The translations under genes were made by a program, and so were the position numbers. Source: an uncultured virus (IMG/VR IMGVR_UViG_3300010356_001334) (taxonomy: Duplodnaviria > Heunggongvirae > Uroviricota > Caudoviricetes). From it: a stretch of 64,000 bases of DNA. Each line of letters begins with the position of its first letter. The stretch's first letter is position 1. This document shows positions 41,801 to 51,067 of this stretch, piece by piece. The notes under the pieces were generated by a model that was not told where the DNA came from, made no database searches, and saw only the letters and a program-made list of their open reading frames with translations. The stretch lies in the IMG/VR virus record IMGVR_UViG_3300010356_001334. One strand, 5' to 3'.

Positions 41801-43351
41801 GAGCGATTCTTTAATACGGGAAGCGAGTTGTTTCTTTGAGACAAACTCACCACGTTGATAATCGTAGGTCTGCAAGGGGACATCTTCAGTACCGGTGCGC
41901 ATCATTGCAATTTCACGATGGATTGCAGCTAGGTGACCCGGAATAACATCCACAAGCGAGATATGCGCTTTCTTATCAAACCCCATTACTGGTGAAGATA
42001 GTCCACCGAGCTCACTTGCCAGTTCTGTTCGACCAAATTCACGACTTGGATCACGATCTTTAAAGTGTTCTAAGATAAAGTCACCGGCTTTAGTGAGCTT
42101 ACCTTTAACACTAGACGGATCGTTAAGATTCTCTTGCCACCAGTCTTTCTTCTGGAGTTCAGAGATTGAACCTGCTGGATTCTTTAAGATGCTGGCTAGT
42201 TTAGATAGACCCTCATTAAGCTGAGGCGTCTGTTCTGTCTTATTCTTTATTCTCTTTGCTACAATGTCTCTAAAATAACCAATTGCGCTACTGGCAGCTG
42301 TTGCGCCTGCCATTTCTGCTGCCGTCAAGGGTTCTTCACCCATGTCGATCAGCGTCTTGTTCATTTCTTGGATTTGCTCTTTACCACTTTGAGCAGAATC
42401 CAAAACCATGTCAATGTTGTCTAGAGATAAAGAGATCCCGCCAACGAATTCTTTTGCACTTTGCTTAAGACGATCAATACCTTTCTTTAGAACTGATTGA
42501 TCGCCATAGAGTGACTCAAAGAACTTATTTCGTGTCATCTCCATGAAGCGTTCACTATTGGTGATCTTCAAATACTCCGGTAACGAAGTATTCTTAATGA
42601 TCGCTTCATTTTGAACTTTATTTGCTTCACGGTACTTCAACGACTTTCTGTAGTAGTCTTGCTGTGCTAAAAATCCCCGTAGTTGGAGTTCTAGCATCTT
42701 CTTCTGATAGCGCTGAGTAACTGATGTCGTGTACTGAGCTTGGATCGATGTGTTGTTTGCGATCATTCCAAGCAGATGCGAGGAAGATTCAAAACGCTTC
42801 TTCTCAATCTCTTCTTTGACTAAGCCTTTAGCCGCTGTCAGAGGACTCTCATGCTGAAACCCCTGACCAAAGATCTGCTGACTAATTTGATTAACCGTCT
42901 GTTCTTCTTGGTTTGTGCGGTTATCGTAATCGGCATAGGTACTAGTTCCTGTTCTTTCAACGATTTTCTTCGTGATCGACTTCAACCCTTTCTGGGTCTC
43001 AGGCACCATACTGTCGATCTTGGTCATAATACGATTGACACGAGGTTTTAACTCTCTGACCGTCTCATCGTATAGTTCATAGGAGCCTTGCGATACTTCT
43101 CCTAAACTCTCTGTTATTTCACCATAGGCACTTGGAAGTGCCTTCTTCAGTGTCTGGTGAATAAACTGGGGAGAGGTTAAAGTATCTTTGGTTCCTTGAA
43201 GCGCTCCCTTGACAACATTACTCACCACGCTGCGTTTCTTAGGTTCAGTGGCTTCTTGATTTAACTCACTACTGATATCAGTATTAAAGTCAAGGTCAAG
43301 ATCCATGTCAAAGCTAGGATAATCCGCTTCGAGATTTCTCTTTCCGGCCAT
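35804..43351 (-). CDS. Giant virion tail protein (phiKZ gp181-like) with an internal S74-like domain, an M15 peptidase and a lytic transglycosylase
   Basis: SDINVK...GPMAQE; SGYRS...SLH...AID...EPWH; VES...AAGLYQF...YLSHFLG. GAGGAGG RBS before ATG 43351. Confidence 0.85.
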   Translation of the reverse strand: MAGKRNLEADYPSFDMDLDLDFNTDISSELNQEATEPKKRSVVSNVVKGALQGTKDTLTSPQFIHQTLKKALPSAYGEITESLGEVSQGSYELYDETVRELKPRVNRIMTKIDSMVPETQKGLKSITKKIVERTGTSTYADYDNRTNQEEQTVNQISQQIFGQGFQHESPLTAAKGLVKEEIEKKRFESSSHLLGMIANNTSIQAQYTTSVTQRYQKKMLELQLRGFLAQQDYYRKSLKYREANKVQNEAIIKNTSLPEYLKITNSERFMEMTRNKFFESLYGDQSVLKKGIDRLKQSAKEFVGGISLSLDNIDMVLDSAQSGKEQIQEMNKTLIDMGEEPLTAAEMAGATAASSAIGYFRDIVAKRIKNKTEQTPQLNEGLSKLASILKNPAGSISELQKKDWWQENLNDPSSVKGKLTKAGDFILEHFKDRDPSREFGRTELASELGGLSSPVMGFDKKAHISLVDVIPGHLAAIHREIAMMRTGTEDVPLQTYDYQRGEFVSKKQLASRIKESLSSEVRKSQQDFKLNEASDYIRQDHYLDNDEEIELKRFLSRLSRVSNIQYTKENIENTSAYESLSPSVKRVVDRQLSMMSEGDNKEATSLAFTKQIQSIRKATPSLDKNINDYIQAGYGDALTETGIVKRTDKGSFKVDEEAYAKFLEEEGIVRSDINVKQAIRQMNPTELLKTVSERFRKTKSSSYQLNPYPRMDESFVPQEQGLSKKWSPQEAFDGFKKTKLYNWFYQPGKGDKEPHSGPMAQEVRKNFGEEAAPDGKRIDLQSMNGATMAAIKHLGDQVDKLGKGGRKVTNDGLLYQIRQDTASIVKLLSSESKRLGKVVRSSQGNEDQDEFGSKDDYRSLLSSTFKNVLDLATRVSGDVYGAASRVFTVGKDKVAKPALDFVSQSFDNNKGAIKEGLSSLFGKATALAGSVLEMGQKTLMEHLPAGFKELKNLAKKTAEGLSKFINSAKDLYLPGMTEPVIQAFKLKAGYYYDSATGKAIETIDQLLEAKENIVDKFGNVILTAEDKAQGLYDRKGEKIKSTFMTIVKGTIGAASYVKDKITSTVSQLKEGSVKTFGQFKDFIKDKFQGFDGLGKGFRDRSYEVLVDIRDILLGDKESVFERLKKKPKGISPLSSETPQIVVEKTSEVAETSSTDVPQVQAPNTTGFLGGMVDAAKGLGGKLGGLKDKVLGKAKDTVTSTAATAATAATAGKGLLGKGLGVLKGIGGGLGSVASGLGGLLGSATPTQDPQSTPKEKPLTTPAQQILVKKTGEKAWNDKDGDGRRDGSVEERQERLEELKRSRTKQGAEADLSLKYKQGNIFDNLLGKLGGLFSFLSSGFSGVMSLLGSGFTKLTGLGGLLTKSIGSAASLASRAVTTLGSLAKGAGGLLGSAKAGLSAVGGKIASGVGSAIGGLKGLFGAGSAASAASGATGLASTAAGATGTGASAAGAGAAATGATAAKTGLLGKAAGLFNAAKTGVTAIGSKAASIGGTVLRTGLQYGARSAAFMATKALPGAIMAGAKLAGAAVTSIAGAVATPVVIGGAALALAGYGIYKLYQRAKRNNANDYERLRLRQYGFGYNSDVDQYNHHVYVLEEYLQDGRLTYENGKASINERRVNPEEIAEIFNIDKDDQETGEKFAYWYTNRFKPIFLTHITALYAVDGKKKLSEVKDLEPSKLIKYLEATALPEGPYDVTVSPLKALSELSNEKTKIKESNDILISNLRGESSKGSKENILPEKKQEEAKAPDAPYKSKSGAFLDYITGGTFKEKEPLKEGEKQKDLLTLINEKKAQQAGLGTQALTGGETGEDGPQTQQLGQAPTTQSLNNLSGASAPSSVPEAGGAPKTGQAGSQYLRLGKGVEIEGSNPIMLKHFLGMAEEYGEKTGKTIQVNSGYRSYERQAALHRQFPQKAAAPGRSLHEKGMAIDINSSDANELEKLGLMKKYGFTRPVGGEPWHIEPAGIQKNIALARDNARERDVMIAASLYRGGGGYGTVPNATKYRRNHDLAMRLLEAPGKPAEEPKTQMADGSSTMTPGTPSGSKETIMSGSSSGSGRIGGYNDRNQSGSPGSVSMPDGSATSMNQPTGALNQPASNDGALNKQSATSTQLNITPDTSTTAQEKMPTEEQLWNQAQEAEPQPTSTQGEPLGKASGKGGDIKNEIAKHARKVGVDPSLMQAFAVVESDLNPNARASTSTAAGLYQFIRSTWQEQVAKFGSKYGLKANASPFDVEAATLLASEYVKQNQRYISRVKPDTNFTDLYLSHFLGPGGANKFLSLSPDTIAAQALPQAASANRGIFYSKSGQPLTVRAIYENLSKKLKDKSASYGVNVNAGQGLKVSSEGPGLKPSEGSSPLTTPTGDQTPASTQQTSMPSKGGQGLSLPTPTQSAATSVTPNTSSREMYASSSGGVFVDSRGSSMLARERRESGESFTGPNMGNIETALDKSVGIQQDSLAVLKDILENVKTEKVAEMLAAALATVAKASQGNSADSLKEQDNRNMGRTGRAQPPSLDMSRKVM

Positions 43352-43386
43352 ATTCAGGCCTCCTCTTTTAAAATCATACTCACAGG

Positions 43387-44844
43387 ATGCCAGCAATGCA
43401 AAATATGCTCCAGGCGCTTCCTTTTAATATCGGTCTTTTAATCTTGACGCCTGATTCAATTCGAGGCCTCAAACAGATTAAAGTTTTAGATATTTTCACA
43501 GGCGCAGGCTCAAAAGAATTTCACAATGAAGGACTGTTCTCCGTTGAAGCCTTTGGTAAAGTGGGAGATGAAAGACGCAATCGTCTATTTGCCTATATCG
43601 ACTTAAACGTTTCTGTATTTCATCCGACGCTCTATAAAGCGATCATTGATCTGAAAGAGTTGTATGGAAAGATCATGGCTGGTACGACTTACGCGGTCTT
43701 TAATAAAGAAACTAAAGACTTTGAAGCTTCTAACATGGTTGATGGTCAGACTGGCTTTGAATTCTTCATGTCTCATTTTCACGAGTTGCAGTTTGAAGAG
43801 CGAAAGAGCACGTCTCGTGAATTTGCTATTAAACTTGTCAACAAGCATCGTGAGCAAGCAACAATCAGTAAATTGATCGTGATGCCTGCAGGTCTACGAG
43901 ACTTTACTATCGAGCCCAATGGTAAGCCCGTTGAAGATGAGATCAATACACTATACCGTAAAGTCCTCTCTCATTCAAATGTGATTGGTCCTCAAGGTGC
44001 TAAGTCTGATCTTAGTCACGTTGATGCTACACGCTATAGTCTTCAGATTGCAGTTGTTGAAGTGTACGATTATATCATCAACTTGCTCGAAGGTAAGTCC
44101 AAGCTCATTCAAGGATGGTGGACAAACCGGACCATCTTCAATAGTACTCGAAACGTTATCACTTCGAACGTTCCACGATCCTTAGAACTGGGTGACCCGA
44201 TTACGCTTGGTCCGAATCATACTGTCGTAGGTTTGTATCAGTCTTTGAGGTCCATCTTCCCTCTGGCAATTAATCTGGTTCGAGAGATTGCTTCTAAAGT
44301 CTTCTCGGGTCCTAATACCCCTGCACGTTTAATCAACACTAAGACGCTTGAAGCAGAAACAGTCAGTATCCTCCCTGAGTCTTACGACGAGTGGATGACA
44401 CAAGAAGGTCTTGAGTCAACGATGGCGCGCTTTGAGATTGAAGCACTGCGTCACGAGGAAATCAAGATTGGAGAACATTACTTTGGTCTGGTCTATAATG
44501 ACGGTCAATATGTAAAGTTTGTTCAAGGTATTCAGGAGATCCCTGAAGGCTTTGATAAGAAGTACGTTTCTCCCATTACGTATGCTGAACTCTTCTATCT
44601 AGCGATCTTTGAACGGATTAAGAAGATTCCAGGGTTTGTGACACGCTATCCCGTTATTGGCTTTGGTGGTATCTATCCGAGCTACGTGTACCTGAAGACT
44701 ACGACACGCTCTCAAGTGTTAAAAGAATTAGATGACTTCTGGCAAGAGACTGATCGAATCGCAAATGAGTTTCCGATTAAGGGACAGCCTTTTGTAAACT
44801 CATTGTCTCCTGCTACTAATAAGCTTAAGAACCTCGGTGCCGAT
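43387..44844 (+). CDS. rpoC: Virion RNA polymerase beta' subunit (phiKZ gp180-like), exon 1
   Basis: GLFS..FG, VMPAGLRD, EGKSKLIQ, TRYP and LGAD (start of the catalytic A-D-F-D-G-D). The frame is cut by an intron; the 3' exon is presumably in the N gap. Confidence 0.88.
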
Positions 44845-44944
44845 TAACGTAAGTGACTACTTACAAAGTCCGGTCTTATCGAAATATAAGACTGATTCTT
44901 CTTGAATTGCTGGGAACTCCTGTTAGACAGAGACGCTAAAGCGG
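44845..44944 (+). ncRNA. Group I intron 1 (5' part; remainder in the N gap), inserted in the catalytic DFDGD motif
   Basis: Exon ends in U; candidate internal guide CAAAGTC (44864-70); P2 hairpin 44871-94; P element AATTGCTGGGAACTCC (44905-20). Confidence 0.8.
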
Positions 44945-45691
44945 NNNNNNNNNNNNNNNNNNNNNNNNNNNNNNNNNNNNNNNNNNNNNNNNNNNNNNNN
45001 NNNNNNNNNNNNNNNNNNNNNNNNNNNNNNNNNNNNNNNNNNNNNNNNNNNNNNNNNNNNNNNNNNNNNNNNNNNNNNNNNNNNNNNNNNNNNNNNNNNN
45101 NNNNNNNNNNNNNNNNNNNNNNNNNNNNNNNNNNNNNNNNNNNNNNNNNNNNNNNNNNNNNNNNNNNNNNNNNNNNNNNNNNNNNNNNNNNNNNNNNNNN
45201 NNNNNNNNNNNNNNNNNNNNNNNNNNNNNNNNNNNNNNNNNNNNNNNNNNNNNNNNNNNNNNNNNNNNNNNNNNNNNNNNNNNNNNNNNNNNNNNNNNNN
45301 NNNNNNNNNNNNNNNNNNNNNNNNNNNNNNNNNNNNNNNNNNNNNNNNNNNNNNNNNNNNNNNNNNNNNNNNNNNNNNNNNNNNNNNNNNNNNNNNNNNN
45401 NNNNNNNNNNNNNNNNNNNNNNNNNNNNNNNNNNNNNNNNNNNNNNNNNNNNNNNNNNNNNNNNNNNNNNNNNNNNNNNNNNNNNNNNNNNNNNNNNNNN
45501 NNNNNNNNNNNNNNNNNNNNNNNNNNNNNNNNNNNNNNNNNNNNNNNNNNNNNNNNNNNNNNNNNNNNNNNNNNNNNNNNNNNNNNNNNNNNNNNNNNNN
45601 NNNNNNNNNNNNNNNNNNNNNNNNNNNNNNNNNNNNNNNNNNNNNNNNNNNNNNNNNNNNNNNNNNNNNNNNNNNNNNNNNNNNNNNNNNN
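44945..45691. other. Assembly gap (747 N)
   Basis: Run of N; should contain the intron 1 3' part, the beta' C-terminal exon and the beta start. Confidence 0.99.
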
Positions 45692-47259
45692 GAGAACATC
45701 GTCAAACGTGGATCTTTGAACCTGAAGCTTATAAGCTTAATCAAAACCCTGAAACACTGATCGTCATTAACTATGGATACTTAGACGTTGTTCATAAGTA
45801 CATCCCGACGATGATGGCGAACTATCATCGCTGGCTGAACCGCCAGAATACCGTTTGGGCTAATGTTAATAAGATCGCTTCTAGTAGTGAACGCCATCAG
45901 TTCATCTTTTATCCGATTGCTAAGGTCTTGCAAGGTCGAACGATTCTAGAGAAGTATGCTAAAGAGTCGCCTTCGATTAAGATGATGCAGATCTTTGGTA
46001 GTCATGGTGATGGTGGGTATCTTCAGCTGGATATGTGGAAATGGCTTAATCCCGCAACGCGTAAGCAAAGTCTCTTAGGTCAGATTGATCCACGTCACTA
46101 TAACAAGATCAATCTTGTCTTTCAAGGTACTTCAGGTAACCAAGCACTCGTTAATTTAGGTTATTTGAATAGCTGGATCAAGGGTCAGCCTAATACAACA
46201 GAGTTTGGTTCAATTGTTCAGTTTGAACCGCTCTTTATTCAAAAGCTCTTCTTGAAAATGTCGATGTCGCTCAATGCGATTGAGACGAATGAAGAGAATA
46301 TGGAAGGACTTGATGAGATTGAGAATTCAACAACTCCATCTCAAATTGCTCCTATTCCTAAGACCTTAACAGAGCCTTCTAGTCAAGATATTGAAGAGGG
46401 TGAAGTTAGCGACACTGAACTCGATAAAACTTCAACGATCTCTGAAGATGACGTTGAAGAAAAAGAAGATAGTAGAATTGAATCAGGTTTTGTTCAGAAA
46501 GCAAAGGTCCTTCCTAAGAAAGGACCTCTTGAAAAAGAACCTGAGTCTGATACTGAGATTGCGCTTGCTTCTTTTACTTCATCATTCATGGACGAAGTTG
46601 AAAAGGACATTGAAGCGCTTGATAAGCTTAGCCTTACTCAACTTAAGAATAAAGGTACAAAGCTCAATGCTGAAGATCCTCTCATTGAGGAAGAACTGAT
46701 TGACCTTGATCAAGTTCGTGCTAAGGTCTATCAATCCAAGCCACCTTCAGATCGACTTAAAGACTGGATCTCTGAAGACGCTGAAGCAAACTTGATTACG
46801 GCTTCTGAATATCGAAAGCTTGAACAGTCTATTGAAAGCTATAAAGAAAGTAAAGATCCTTACGGTTCAAACGCACCACGTATTGAAGCCATGGTGATCA
46901 AAGAGGAAGATGTTGTTCTTTCCCCTGAGAAAACAAAGATTGAACTCAGTGATACTGTTCCTGATGTCACCATGGGGAACTCTACCCTTAAAGCGTTTGA
47001 TACGCAATATCTTCGTAATGTCTATAAGAAAGACATCTTGCAAGCAATTGACAGTGTTCAAAATGCTGGCGTCGTCATTAAGAACCACGAAATCGAAGTG
47101 CGTCATAGTGCGCTTGGGTCGTATGAACATCATCGACTTGAATTGAAGCCTGTAGATGGGATGCCTTCTACGATTCAGTTTACCCTGCCCCAAGTCAATG
47201 AAGATGGGACATTCACGGCTAGCGGAAACCTTTATTTATTAAGAAAGCAAAGGGTGGAT
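45692..47259 (+). CDS. rpoB: Virion RNA polymerase beta subunit (phiKZ gp178-like), exon 1 (start in the gap)
   Basis: Open frame ending ...EDGTFTASGNLYLLRKQRVD, which matches the beta GTFIING.ERV..SQ region. Confidence 0.85.
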
Positions 47260-47747
47260 TAAAAGTCTTGCTTATAGTTTAGTTTTTAATATCACTATAA
47301 GTAAATGAACAGATAGCGTTCTTTTAGTTTATTTAAAGAGCACTGTTTGTTCCGAGGTCCACAGTAGCGTAGAAATATGCTACAAGAAAAACCTACCTAA
47401 CTGCGGGAAAACGTCTATAATCTTAGTTTTTACCACTTGCACATGGAAACGTAGTGTAATACTCGTAGGGTAATGATCCAATCGAGCATGGTCAAAACAA
47501 AACTAAGAGACGCAACCGACGCAACGAAGCTCCTAAGTGGAAACATATGGAGTGTGTTCAGAGGCCATCGAAAGCTATTGCGTAGTTCAGCATAATAACA
47601 TCCGTATAAAACCGGGTGGTCGTCTTGAAAAAGGCGATTAAAGCGAGTAGAGTAGGGAAGAGAGTATATATCAAACTCTCTTCCCGAAACGGTAGGCATC
47701 TTAACGTGTAATGACGAAGATGAAGATATGGTCCATTTGTTGGAATG
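47260..47747 (+). ncRNA. Group I intron 2 (488 nt, no ORF)
   Basis: U|...G boundaries; guide GTCCAC (47357-62) pairs with exon GTGGAU; P AACTGCGGGAAA; P3 CCTACC/GGTAGG; P7 GGCCA/TGGTC; S AAGATATGGTC. Splicing restores QRVD-LPIRK. Confidence 0.9.
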
Positions 47748-49169
47748 CTGCCAATACGAAAGATTTCGCCACAGATTGTATCGCTCTCTACCTATTATGG
47801 TAAGACATTCGTACAGACCAGTAGTAAGGTTGTTAATAATGACCTAGCCTGGCTATATCGAGAGATCAACGCAGCTTCCCTGCAACAAGGTCTCTTGATC
47901 CATGAAGTCAACCCTGGCAATGTCTTTGACCATGACTTTAAGGGTCCTTATATCTACAACGCCCTTGCTCAAGAATACGAGCAGTTTAAAGTAGGGGACT
48001 ATAGTCTTTACTTTGATCATCGTGTTCGAGATAAACGAGTTAATCCTGAACTCTTGAAGATTATTGAGAAGAAAGGACGTGTTTGGTGTGGGTGGTCAAA
48101 AGACAAGAGTCCCATTGTTGTCGACAAGGACAATATCTTCTACGAAGTCAGAAGAGATGGTGAAACCCGTCTCGGAAACATCTATGAGTTTTTAGAACTC
48201 GATACAGCTAAGTGCCCTATTAACTTTGCTGAAACACGTGTCTTCTCAAAGTACATCCCTGTTGGTGTGATGCTTTCATACTACCTAGGTTTTAGTGCTT
48301 TGATTGCACTTCTAGGGGAACAGTATCGGGTTGTTCCTGCAAAGAAGAATAAACAGCTTGAAAAAGACGAGTACGCTATTAGCTTCAGAGATGAAAGCTA
48401 TATCTTTAAAACAAAGAATAAAGCCAATACACTTATTTTGGCAGGCTTTCAAGACTTTGAAAAAGTCACTAAACTCTACGATCGAAAAGACTTTGAACAT
48501 AAAGATGTCTATTTAAATCTTCTACTGGCTAAGAAGATGAGTGCGATCTATGTCCGTGAACTGGATATGATGGAACACGCTTTCATTGACCCTATCAGTA
48601 AAGAAGTCTTGCAAGATATGGGAGAACCCACGACCTTTATTGCATTGGTGATTCGTGCGGTCGAGATGTTGATGAGTTATGATCATCCCGCTTCTCAAGA
48701 TCGTGCAGCGATGCGAGATCGTGGTTATGAACGTTTTGCTGGCACAGTCTACAAAGAAACTATGCAGGCTATCCGTCAATTCAGGAACAAGAACCTTGTT
48801 GGTCGTTCTAAGATTGACATGAGTCCGTATCAGATCTGGAATGCGATTATGAAGGATAGTGCATTGAAGATCGTCGAAGATACGAACCCGATCCAGAACT
48901 TGAAAGAATCTGAAGTCATTACCTTTGCTGGAACAGGAGGTCGTGATAAAGATACGATTACGAAACCTGCACGTGCCTATCACAAGAACGACTTAGGGGT
49001 GTTGTCTGAGTCGACAGTCGATAGCACCGCTGTGGGTACGATTGCATATTTGAGTGCAGATCCAAATATTAAAAACGTTCGAGGATTGATGAGAGACCAA
49101 AAGAGTCTTTCACCGACGAATATCCTATCGACGAGTGCATTGCTTTCACCAGCATCGATGAACGACAAT
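47748..49169 (+). CDS. rpoB: Virion RNA polymerase beta subunit, exon 2
   Basis: TNPIQNLKE, GGR...RAYHKNDLGVLSESTVDSTAVG (beta H..HYGR.CP.ETPEG-like region). Confidence 0.88.
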
Positions 49170-49543
49170 TAACGTTTATTCTGTTTAGAATAGACAGTGG
49201 TTCTCACTATCGGAAACGGTAGTGTAGTATTCTCTCTAACTGCTGGAAACTCCTAAAGCTGTCTCACCACAAGCATCGCGAAAGCAGATGCTGAAGGTCT
49301 AAAAACGAGACAGATGCGGCATATGCCAAAATGGACAATCAGCAGCCAAGTCCCTAAGGTCATTGACTATGGGAAAGGTTCAACGACCAAGACCTTGTCA
49401 GTCTGTACACTCAAGTGAGTGGAAATGGGAGACACCTTAACACGTCATGGTGAAGGTGAAGATATGGTCTGCTCTTTCAGGGAAAGCCTGAAGCTGCGCG
49501 TGATGGCGCGGGAGGAAGGGTAACGTCTTCCTCTGAACTACGG
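49170..49543 (+). ncRNA. Group I intron 3 (374 nt, no ORF)
   Basis: U|...G boundaries; P AACTGCTGGAAA; Q AATCAGCAGCC; R GGTTCAACGACCA; S AAGATATGGTC; P3 TCTCTC/GGGAGA. Splicing restores MNDN-PKRVMF. Confidence 0.9.
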
Positions 49544-50671
49544 CCTAAAAGAGTAATGTTCATCACTACGCAACACTCGCACACGATCGCATCACCCGGT
49601 TATCGACAGCCATATCTTCGTACTGGGTATGAGTTTGTTATTGGAAAGAGAACGTCTAAACTTTTCTCGACAGCAGCTGAAGAAGATGGGGTTGTTGAGA
49701 GTGTAAATCAAAAAGGGATTATTGTCGCTTATGATTCTGGTTTAAAGATTGGGATTCAGTTGGGTCGACTCTATGGGAAAGCAGAAGGAACCTATTACCC
49801 TCATGATGTCGTGACGCCTTATAAAGAAGGTGAACGCTTTAAGAAAGGTGATATCCTAGCTTATAACACGAAGTTCTTTGAACCTGACTTCATTGATCCT
49901 AAGCAGATTATCCTGAAAGTCAATAATGCCATCAATACGGCGTTCATGGAATGCAGTCAGACTCACGAAGACTCGTGTTCTATTAGTGCTAAGATCAGTG
50001 ATAAGTTTAAAACTGAAGTCACTAAGGTTAAGTCTTATATTGTTCGATTTAATCAAAACCTACTTGAAGTTCAAAAGCCGGGTAGCACAGTTGAACCTAA
50101 AGATGTTTTGATGATTATTGAAGATGAGATTACTTCGTCCCATACGCAGTTTAGTGAAGACGCGCTATCAACATTGAAACGTTTGTCTAACGTAGCGCCT
50201 CGAGCAGGTGTTATGGGGACGGTTGAGAAGATTGAAATCTTCTACCATGGTGATAAACGCGATATGTCTTTGAGCTTAAAGAAGCTTGCAGATAAGAGCG
50301 ATGCTGACATGGCTCAGAGTGCCAAGGCCTCTAATCGTCCTGTCATCTCAGGTCGTGTTACAGATGAGTATCGTGTTGAAGGTACGCCACTTGAGCTGGA
50401 TCACGCTGAAGTCAGAATCTATATCACGGTTGTAGCTGGAACAGGTGTTGGTGATAAGGCTGTCTTTGGACACCAAATGAAGAGCACGGTATCTGAAGTT
50501 CAAAAGTATGAGATGCATACTGAAGAAGGTGAGGAGATCGATGCGACTTTTGGCTATCGCTCTGTCGCTAACCGAGGCGTAATGTCACCTTCTATTATTG
50601 GAACAACGATTACGTTGCTTGATAAAGTTGGAAAGATGGCAGTCGATATTTACGAAGGTAAGAAGTCTTAA
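49544..50671 (+). CDS. rpoB: Virion RNA polymerase beta subunit, exon 3
   Basis: PKRVMFITTQ, PYLRTGYE, THEDS and GVGDKAVFGHQMKS (beta GDK...HGNKG motif). Confidence 0.88.
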   Translation, partial: PKRVMFITTQHSHTIASPGYRQPYLRTGYEFVIGKRTSKLFSTAAEEDGVVESVNQKGIIVAYDSGLKIGIQLGRLYGKAEGTYYPHDVVTPYKEGERFKKGDILAYNTKFFEPDFIDPKQIILKVNNAINTAFMECSQTHEDSCSISAKISDKFKTEVTKVKSYIVRFNQNLLEVQKPGSTVEPKDVLMIIEDEITSSHTQFSEDALSTLKRLSNVAPRAGVMGTVEKIEIFYHGDKRDMSLSLKKLADKSDADMAQSAKASNRPVISGRVTDEYRVEGTPLELDHAEVRIYITVVAGTGVGDKAVFGHQMKSTVSEVQKYEMHTEEGEEIDATFGYRSVANRGVMSPSIIGTTITLLDKVGKMAVDIYEGKKS

Positions 50672-50682
50672 TTGACGTATTG

Positions 50683-50721
50683 ACAGGACTAGAGGAGGCA
50701 TTTAGCCTCCTCTAGTCCTGT
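50683..50721. terminator. Palindromic terminator after the RNAP operon
   Basis: ACAGGACTAGAGGAGGC/GCCTCCTCTAGTCCTGT. Confidence 0.85.
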
Positions 50722-50828
50722 GCCGACATGTATAAGAGCCGATATCATTTGAAGAGCTTACTGCGTCTCTATATTTACGAAACGCTTTAATAAAGCTCAT
50801 CTAGACAGCTGGTTTTATTTTTAAGGAG

Positions 50829-51032
50829 ATGGTGATGGAAGGCTTGGTGAATGAAAAAACACATGAAAGTGCTCTGGTTCTGGCTAATGCGGGTGAACTC
50901 ACTGCACTGGTGATCAAGAAAGTGGCTGGTAATGATATTAGCACAGCAGTCAATGGTTCTGTGTTGACGCGTGAGATGATTCAGAATATTCTGTATCGCA
51001 AAATTACTCAATCCATCGCGAACCGTAAATAA
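50829..51032 (+). CDS. Small hypothetical protein
   Basis: AAGGAG upstream; precedes the gp177-like gene. Confidence 0.55.
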   Translation: MVMEGLVNEKTHESALVLANAGELTALVIKKVAGNDISTAVNGSVLTREMIQNILYRKITQSIANRK

Positions 51033-51067
51033 CACAAAATTCATTGTAAGTTTCAAGGAGAGTTATC

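Noticed and set aside
44902..47262. 786-aa and 273-aa track ORFs spanning the N run
   Set aside because: Artefacts of translating through Ns; the first starts inside intron 1.
47430..47699. Minus-strand 89-aa ORF in intron 2 as a homing endonuclease
   Set aside because: Antisense to the ribozyme core, with no HNH, GIY-YIG or LAGLIDADG motif.
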